From assembly GCA_037128175.1 (NCBI GenBank), contig JBAXWY010000001.1, positions 64,001 to 128,000 on the forward strand: a stretch of 64,000 nt of DNA. Direction: 5' to 3'. The notes under the pieces are model-generated. The model was not told the DNA's origin, ran no database searches, and saw nothing but the letters and a program-made list of their open reading frames with translations. This DNA comes from Methanothrix sp. GTDB lineage: Archaea > Halobacteriota > Methanosarcinia > Methanotrichales > Methanotrichaceae. Positions 58,086-64,000 of the stretch are shown here, piece by piece (position 1 is the stretch's first letter; every line of letters starts with the position of its first letter). The translations under genes were made by a program, and so were the position numbers.

Positions 58086-59450
58086 ATGAATGATCCGCAA
58101 AACGGCGCAGGAGATGATAATACAATGTACTCTCAGGAGCAGGTGCTTAAAATCGTTCAGGAGAAGAACGTAGAGTTCCTCCGGCTACAGTTCACGGATA
58201 TATCGGGAATTGTGAAGAACGTGGCCATTCCCGCCACCCAGATAGGAAAAGCCTTGAAGAGCGGCATATCTTTTGACGGCTCTTCCATTGAGGGATTTGC
58301 CAGAATCCAGGAGTCGGATATGGTCCTGCAACCAGACCTTTCCACTTTCAGCCTCTTGCCCTGGCGCTCGAAGGACGGCTCTAATGAAGCCCGGCTGATC
58401 TGCGATGTGCATCTGCCCAACGGGAAACCCTTCGAGGGCGATCCCCGCCGTGTCCTGCGCCTGCAGCTCGAAAAAGCCCAGGAGATGGGCTTTAAGATGA
58501 ATGTCGGCCCAGAGCTGGAGTTCTTCCTCTTCGAAAAGCAAAATGGCGGCAGTGCTACCATCCCGCACGATTCTGGGGGCTACTTTGACCTAGGTCCCGT
58601 GGACCTGGCTGAGGATGTGCGCCGCGAGATCGTCCGGGCGCTGACGCAGATGGGCTTTACCATTGAAGCCTCTCATCACGAGGTTGCCAAGGGTCAGCAC
58701 GAGATAGACTTTGTTTATGACGATGCTCTGAAGAATGCCGACAAGGTAGTGACCTTCAAGTATGTCACCAAGACCATCGCCATGAAAGAAGGCCTGCGCG
58801 CCACTTTCATGCCCAAGCCCATTTACGGTGCATCCGGCACGGGAATGCATGCCAATATCTCGCTATTTAGGGGCGGGGAGAATGCGTTCTTCGATTCCGA
58901 AACTGCCACGGGCATCAGCGATCTGGCCCGGTTCTTCGTAGGTGGCTTGATTGAGCACGCCTGTGCCATAACCGCTATTGCCAATCCTCTCATCAACTCT
59001 TATAAGCGATTGGTCTCGGGTTTTGAAGCTCCCGTCTACATCACCTGGTCCGGGCCGAACCGCTCCTCACTAATCCGTATTCCTGCCGGCCGGGGTCTAT
59101 CCACACGCGTGGAGTTCCGTTCACCCGATCCGACCTGCAATCCCTACCTGACCTTTGCCGTAATCCTGGCGGCAGGCATGGACGGAATCAAGAGGGGCAT
59201 CGATCCGGGAGAGCCGGTTGATCTGAATGTCTATCATCTCAGCCCCGCCGAGCGCAAAGAGTTGGGCATCAAGACCCTGCCCGCCAATCTCAAAGAGGCC
59301 CTGGATTATCTGGAAGCGGACAGTGTCGTACGCGAGGCTTTGGGCGAGCATGTTTTTGAGAATATCATGCGCCTTGGTCTTTTGGAGTGGGAGGCTTACA
59401 ACACCTACGTCCATCCCTGGGAGATTGAAAGGTATATCAATGCGTTTTGA
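58086..59450 (+). CDS. glnA: Glutamine synthetase type I
   Basis: FDGSSIEGF, HHEVAKGQHEI, ATFMPKP, RVEFRSPD. Confidence 0.97.
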   Translation: MNDPQNGAGDDNTMYSQEQVLKIVQEKNVEFLRLQFTDISGIVKNVAIPATQIGKALKSGISFDGSSIEGFARIQESDMVLQPDLSTFSLLPWRSKDGSNEARLICDVHLPNGKPFEGDPRRVLRLQLEKAQEMGFKMNVGPELEFFLFEKQNGGSATIPHDSGGYFDLGPVDLAEDVRREIVRALTQMGFTIEASHHEVAKGQHEIDFVYDDALKNADKVVTFKYVTKTIAMKEGLRATFMPKPIYGASGTGMHANISLFRGGENAFFDSETATGISDLARFFVGGLIEHACAITAIANPLINSYKRLVSGFEAPVYITWSGPNRSSLIRIPAGRGLSTRVEFRSPDPTCNPYLTFAVILAAGMDGIKRGIDPGEPVDLNVYHLSPAERKELGIKTLPANLKEALDYLEADSVVREALGEHVFENIMRLGLLEWEAYNTYVHPWEIERYINAF

Positions 59451-59620
59451 GGGGCATTTACGGCTCCCACCATCTCTTTTTTTTGGCACTTTTTGAATTT
59501 GCTTCTACGGCAAATTTGCTTATCTCTTCCTTTGCCTTTATTGTTAAATGCATGCGCAGGGGCTCTCCGGCAAACTGTCATCCGAAACGTATATATATGG
59601 CATCAACATTGGAGGAGTCC

Positions 59621-59694
59621 GGGCCGGTAGCTTAGTCAGGCAGAGCGAAAGGCTCTTAACCTTTAGGTCGGGGGTTCAAATCCCTCTCGGCCCG
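59621..59694 (+). tRNA. tRNA-Lys(CTT)
   Basis: Cloverleaf GGGCCGG/TCGGCCC, anticodon arm AAAGG-CTCTTAA-CCTTT, T-loop GTTCAAATC. Confidence 0.95.
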
Positions 59695-59707
59695 CTTTAA
59701 AACAACC

Positions 59708-59915
59708 GGGGCTGTGGCCTAGCCAGGTAGGGCGATGGGCTCCAGCGGTATAATTTAATGATGAGCAACGGGTCTACTGAGATTTCTCGACGGGGAGATC
59801 GTTGATGATCCGTTGGAGCACTGAAATGAGCTGTTATCAGCCACTGATTTCCGGCTGTATGCACTTCAGTATCGGAGATACCCGTCGATCGTGAGTTCGA
59901 ATCTCACCAGCCCCA
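59708..59915 (+). tRNA. tRNA-Trp(CCA) with ~134-nt intron at 37/38
   Basis: Acceptor GGGGCTG/CAGCCCC, ATGGG-CTCCAG|A-CCCGT, T-loop GTTCGAATC. Confidence 0.93.
59746..59879 (+). ncRNA. Intron-encoded box C/D guide RNA
   Basis: ATGATGA...CTGA...TTGATGA...CTGA; guides complementary to tRNA positions 39 and 34 by the +5 rule. Confidence 0.85.
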
Positions 59916-59996
59916 CCTTTTTATTCTATATTTGCTATTTCGCTTGCCACAGCGTTTAAATATTCTCCGGCCCCTAATCTCGGGAAGGGTGCCGAG

Positions 59997-60305
59997 ATGT
60001 TTAGAGATATCCTCACCATATGCTGGTCCATCAAGGAGGTCAATAAGAACCTCACCGATCGAAAGTCCACATCCGACTTCTCCATAAAATATCTAAAGAA
60101 TGCCTGCTCGATTCTGGCAGAACAGATGCGCAAGATCAGCAAATCCATGCCCCAAGAGGTCATCGAGGTTGCCGATAAGAAGGGCGAGAAGAAGAGCTTC
60201 ACAATGCATGAGGTGGCAGAGATGCTTTATGATCCTCGAAAGATCGTAGAACTGAATCTTATCGACAATATCAGCCTATGGGCAAAAGCTCGCATGGCCG
60301 CCTGA
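59997..60305 (+). CDS. Hypothetical protein
   Basis: 102-aa ORF with host-like codon usage and upstream TTTAAATA. Confidence 0.65.
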   Translation: MFRDILTICWSIKEVNKNLTDRKSTSDFSIKYLKNACSILAEQMRKISKSMPQEVIEVADKKGEKKSFTMHEVAEMLYDPRKIVELNLIDNISLWAKARMAA

Positions 60306-60552
60306 GGTCCAGAAAGAACGGCAAAACCAGGACGCATTTTTTCCGTTCTTCTTTTGACTTTTCTTAATTGCTAATATTTTTGCGCGCCTCAGAACTCATA
60401 GGGCTCATCATATGGCATCAGAGCATGCTGTATCATCATAGGCGCCGCTACTCTGGGCCCCGTGCCCTAATAACTATTGTCTCCCATAATCAATTTATCC
60501 TTGGCAAGTTGCAGGGCAAGTTTGATCCGAGAAGCACTCCTATGTCTCGCAT

Positions 60553-61407
60553 ATGGTGCGATTAGGCATGCACGTCTCTGTGGCGGGCGGCGTGGACATG
60601 GCATTTTCTCGTGCTCGCGAAAAAGGTTGCGATGCGTTTCAGATCTTCTCTTCCAATCCTCGCAAATGGTGCTCAAAAACCATTTCCCCCGAATCTGCGG
60701 AGCGCTTTCTTGCCCTGCAAAGGCAGTTTGACCTTTCTTTGGTGGTGGACCACATGCCCTATCTGCCCAACCTTGCCTCAGCAAAGGAAGAGGTTTACAC
60801 CAAATCGGTGGAGGCCCTCGCCAGGGGGCTGGAGCGCTGCCGGGCATTAGGCATACCGTATCTTGTAACCCATCTGGGAAGTCACCTGGGCGCGGGACAG
60901 GAGAGCGGGCGCGCGAGGATTATAGCTGCTTTGCAGACGGTCTTTTCTCTGTGCGATAGCGAAACCGTCTTGCTTCTGGAGAACAGCGCCGGCACAAAGA
61001 ACAGCATGGGAGGCACATTTTCTGATATTGCGGCCGTCTTAGAATCCCTGCCTGACGAACGCGGGCGGCTGGGCGTGTGCCTGGACACCTGCCATCTTCA
61101 TGCCGCAGGATACGACCTACGAACCCCTCTGGCATTGCAGGCGACGCTGGATCAGTTTCAGGATTGCATCGGGCTGGAGTGGCTTATGCTTCTTCATCTC
61201 AACGATTGCAAGGGAGCCATAGGATCGCATCTGGATCGGCATGAGCATATCGGTCTCGGGCAGATAGGCGAGCAGGGCTTTCGCGCCATACTTTGCCATC
61301 CCGCTCTTGTTGACCGGACAATGATCCTGGAGACGCCGGTGGACGATCGTCGGGATGATCGAGGAAATCTTGATGTAGCGAGGCGTCTGGCCTCAGGGAT
61401 AAAATAG
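60553..61407 (+). CDS. nfo: Endonuclease IV
   Basis: GMHVS, HMPYLPNL, LLENSAG, CLDTCH, HLND, DRHEHIG, ILETP. Confidence 0.95.
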   Translation: MVRLGMHVSVAGGVDMAFSRAREKGCDAFQIFSSNPRKWCSKTISPESAERFLALQRQFDLSLVVDHMPYLPNLASAKEEVYTKSVEALARGLERCRALGIPYLVTHLGSHLGAGQESGRARIIAALQTVFSLCDSETVLLLENSAGTKNSMGGTFSDIAAVLESLPDERGRLGVCLDTCHLHAAGYDLRTPLALQATLDQFQDCIGLEWLMLLHLNDCKGAIGSHLDRHEHIGLGQIGEQGFRAILCHPALVDRTMILETPVDDRRDDRGNLDVARRLASGIK

Positions 61408-61785
61408 CTTCTCGATGACCAGCATCAAGGCGTCATTGGAGATGGGCTTGACCAGATAGCTGCCCGCTCCCAGATCGTAGCTCTTCTGGATATCTTGATC
61501 CTCATTGGACCCGGTAAGAATGACCACGGGTATGCTCTGAAGATTATTATCTTTTTTTATGCAGGTGAGAAGATCTATGCCGCTGATATCGGGTAGATTG
61601 ATGTCGAGCAAGATTAGCTGGGGTAGATCTGTCTTGGCAATATTTTGCAGAGCGGCAAGAGCTTCTTTGCCGCTGGTAGCAATAACCAGGCCATTATTCA
61701 GCTTATTGTGCAGTAATACGCGCTTTGTTACAGCAGCGTCCTCAAAATTGTCCTCCACCAGCAGGATCTTTATTTCTAAGTCCAT
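61393..61785 (-). CDS. Stand-alone response regulator receiver
   Basis: ILLVEDN, LLDINLP, ILTGS, YLVKP. Confidence 0.93.
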   Translation of the reverse strand: MDLEIKILLVEDNFEDAAVTKRVLLHNKLNNGLVIATSGKEALAALQNIAKTDLPQLILLDINLPDISGIDLLTCIKKDNNLQSIPVVILTGSNEDQDIQKSYDLGAGSYLVKPISNDALMLVIEKLFYP

Positions 61786-62115
61786 AGATTCACCAGGAGC
61801 TTTACGCCCACTTTTCCCCTTAACTCATTAAGGCTAAAGGTGTTGTTGCAACTACCCACAAAAATAGTTTTCCCACTGGTCGGCGCATCTCATCCCTTAA
61901 ATGCTCTCCACCAGCTTAATCCTGTATCTTAATCCAGAGCGTTTCACATCTCTGCTCAAAATTTTTTAATTTTATGAATTTATGAATATTCAACTTCTGC
62001 GGTAGTACTGATTTTCAATCAGGAATGTGTCTTCAATCGGGTGTGATCATCGTGCCCATTTATCTTTATTTTAAGTGAGATGGATAGTTCTCAGCTTCAA
62101 TTCGGTTTTGCCGCT

Positions 62116-63039
62116 TTAAACCTTATCGATCAGGCATCTCTTTACGCGCCCGCTGGAGAGAAGAGCAACGCGACTCAGGGGCACGTCTGCCTCCAATTCG
62201 TAGCCCAAGGCCTCGCCTAAGGTGCGAGCGAATTCCATAATCTCGTAGTGCTGCGGCATGGCCTCCCTTGTCAGGCGGTCTCGGGAGCGGCCCAGATGCA
62301 TGTAAGCTTTGACCTCCACATAGTCCGGCTCGGCCCTCGCGATGAGGCGGGCGTAGTCCTTCGGCCTTTCCATATTCAGGTCGCGCACCAGCGTCATGCG
62401 GATCACGCTTCGGCAGAGGTGCTGCTTGATGATATCCAGGCTCTCCAGAATTCGCGGCCAGAACTCTCCGTTGGGACGGCAGACGCGCCGGTACAGTTCT
62501 TCGTCTGGAGCATTGAGGCTGAGGTAGAGCTGCGTCGGCTGCAGCTCGGCCAAGACCTCAGGATTTGTGGCGTTGCTCACCACAAATGATGTCATGCCCC
62601 GCCGGCGGATGAGGTCGATAAGCTCCTTAAGGTAAGGATAAAGGGTGGGCTCGCCCATGAGGGAAAGAGCCACGTGCATAGGCCGGCGCGCCTCAGCCAG
62701 CCTCTCCAGATCCGTGGTCTTGGCTCCGCCGTAGCCGGAGAGAAACTTCTGCTGGCCGGAGAGGATGCCGTCCAAAAGTGCCTCGGGCTCCAGTGGTGCA
62801 GTTCCCGGCACAGGATCGTCTATCGGCCTCCAGCAGTGCAGGCACTGGTGGTTGCACTCCATGGTGGGCGTCATCTGCACGCAGCGGTGGCTGGATATGC
62901 CGTAGAAGTGGTGCTTGTAGCACTGGTCGCCGCCCCGCATGGCGCGGCGAAGCCACATGCAGGGCTTGACGGCTCCGCCACCGACGAGGTGGTAGCCCTG
63001 CTTGGTGAGGGTCTGAATGGCTTGATTTTGAGGTTCCAT
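62116..63039 (-). CDS. taw1: 4-demethylwyosine synthase TYW1 (radical SAM)
   Basis: CYKHHFYGISSHRCVQMTP, CNHQCLHCWRP, EVKAYMHLGRSR. Confidence 0.95.
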   Translation of the reverse strand: MEPQNQAIQTLTKQGYHLVGGGAVKPCMWLRRAMRGGDQCYKHHFYGISSHRCVQMTPTMECNHQCLHCWRPIDDPVPGTAPLEPEALLDGILSGQQKFLSGYGGAKTTDLERLAEARRPMHVALSLMGEPTLYPYLKELIDLIRRRGMTSFVVSNATNPEVLAELQPTQLYLSLNAPDEELYRRVCRPNGEFWPRILESLDIIKQHLCRSVIRMTLVRDLNMERPKDYARLIARAEPDYVEVKAYMHLGRSRDRLTREAMPQHYEIMEFARTLGEALGYELEADVPLSRVALLSSGRVKRCLIDKV

Positions 63040-63106
63040 GCCTAGAGTTGAAAGAATAGCAGGAGATATATAGCTACGTGTGATGTTTTCCATTATCGCA
63101 AAGAAT

Positions 63107-64000
63107 ATGACCCAAAAGTCGCAAAGACGCTACTGGATGCCGTGGCGATCTCTTGCATTGATAGCTGTTTTGGCGATGGTGATAGTATCCACCACAGGCG
63201 CAGAGCAGGTTATCTCTGCTCAGGAGATTTTAGCCAAAATAGAGGGCAACGAGCCCGTTTATTATGATAGTATACGGGTTTTGGGCGACCTGGATCTCAA
63301 AACCCTGCCCGATGTTCGGGTGTCAAACTCATTTACCCTAACCAACTCGATCCTTATCAATGCCTCTTTCGACTGCGTCACCTTCGCGAAGGACGCCGTC
63401 TTCTGGGGCACCACCTTTGGCAATGCCAGCTTCAAGAATGCCGCCTTTCTCGGCCAGGCAGACTTCGCAAATACCAGCTTTGCCAATGCCACCTTTTCCG
63501 CCGCCTCCTTCGACAAGTCGGCTGTCTTCGACGGCGCCCTCTTTCAGGATAACGTGAGCTTTGAGGATGCACTTTTCGCCAGGGATGCATTCTTCAACGA
63601 GGCCTTGTTCATGGGCAACGCCGATTTCAATTACTCTGATTTTGACTCTTACTCTTACTTCGCTGCCGCGCAATTTTTTGGCGACGCTCTCTTCTCAGAC
63701 GTAGATTTCTCAGGTGCCCTGGACTTTTCCGCTGCTGCGGTTGCCGGGAGGGCCAACTTCTTCCAGTCCCGCTTTAGCAGCGCCAGCTTTTCCAATGCCG
63801 TCTTTTCCGGCCCGGTCCAGTTCGGCCTGGCCAGCTTCTCCGGCCTCTCCTCCTTTGGCGAAGCGATCTATGCTAAGGAGGCGAATTTCAATCTGGCCCG
63901 CTTTTCCCAGGCCGCCTACTTCTCGGGAGCCGAATTTCAAAAGGATGCCCTCTTCGGCCTGACCAAATTCCAGGACATCGCCAGCTTTCAGAGCGCCATC
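63107..64000 (+). CDS. Secreted/membrane pentapeptide-repeat protein, 5' part (runs off window)
   Basis: Manual translation MTQKSQRR...signal peptide...ISAQEILAKI...GDLDL, then A.F..A.F repeats to the window end. Confidence 0.85.
   Translation, partial: MTQKSQRRYWMPWRSLALIAVLAMVIVSTTGAEQVISAQEILAKIEGNEPVYYDSIRVLGDLDLKTLPDVRVSNSFTLTNSILINASFDCVTFAKDAVFWGTTFGNASFKNAAFLGQADFANTSFANATFSAASFDKSAVFDGALFQDNVSFEDALFARDAFFNEALFMGNADFNYSDFDSYSYFAAAQFFGDALFSDVDFSGALDFSAAAVAGRANFFQSRFSSASFSNAVFSGPVQFGLASFSGLSSFGEAIYAKEANFNLARFSQAAYFSGAEFQKDALFGLTKFQDIASFQSAI

Noticed and set aside
61790-62110. AT-rich spacer with one weak ORB-like word (GTTTTCCCACTGG)
   Set aside because: Single imperfect match, no repeats; insufficient for an origin call
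63262-63962. Periodic low-complexity DNA and several short ORFs at the window end, resembling a repeat array
   Set aside because: Explained by the pentapeptide-repeat coding frame starting at 63107; no CRISPR-like repeat-spacer structure

Overview
This is a 64-kb archaeal chromosomal segment. Gene content and style (histone, Cdc6, PCNA, PriS/PriL, GINS, GatE, aIF2-alpha, TYW1, many NosD/pentapeptide surface proteins) point to a methanogen of the Methanothrix/Methanosarcinales type; this assignment is inferred, not database-checked. Core blocks: partial class III ribonucleotide reductase; priS-gins-rpl44e-rps27e-aIF2a-nop10-PAC2; tfs-pcna-priL; histone-gatE-cdc6; kae1-purD; glnA with an NrpR-type operator; tRNA-Lys and an intron-containing tRNA-Trp. 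Accessory blocks: dinD with a duplicated upstream element, a bacterial-type ureohydrolase plus RelE toxin-antitoxin (TA) pair, two tandem 6TM channel genes, a ~12-kb phosphate/arsenate island with three PstS paralogs, a HicAB scar region, and a cluster of membrane-anchored regulators and secreted proteins with decayed duplications. The strongest leads are: (1) a K+-channel paralog whose filter reads TVGENFYP (CNG/NaK-like) beside a canonical TVGYGD channel; (2) a repeated ACTTTCG-type motif shared by the nrdD and dinD upstream regions; (3) a possible envelope-sensing module built on a membrane-tethered wHTH protein; (4) two families of small palindromic or MITE-like elements. No CRISPR array, rRNA or intact transposase was seen.
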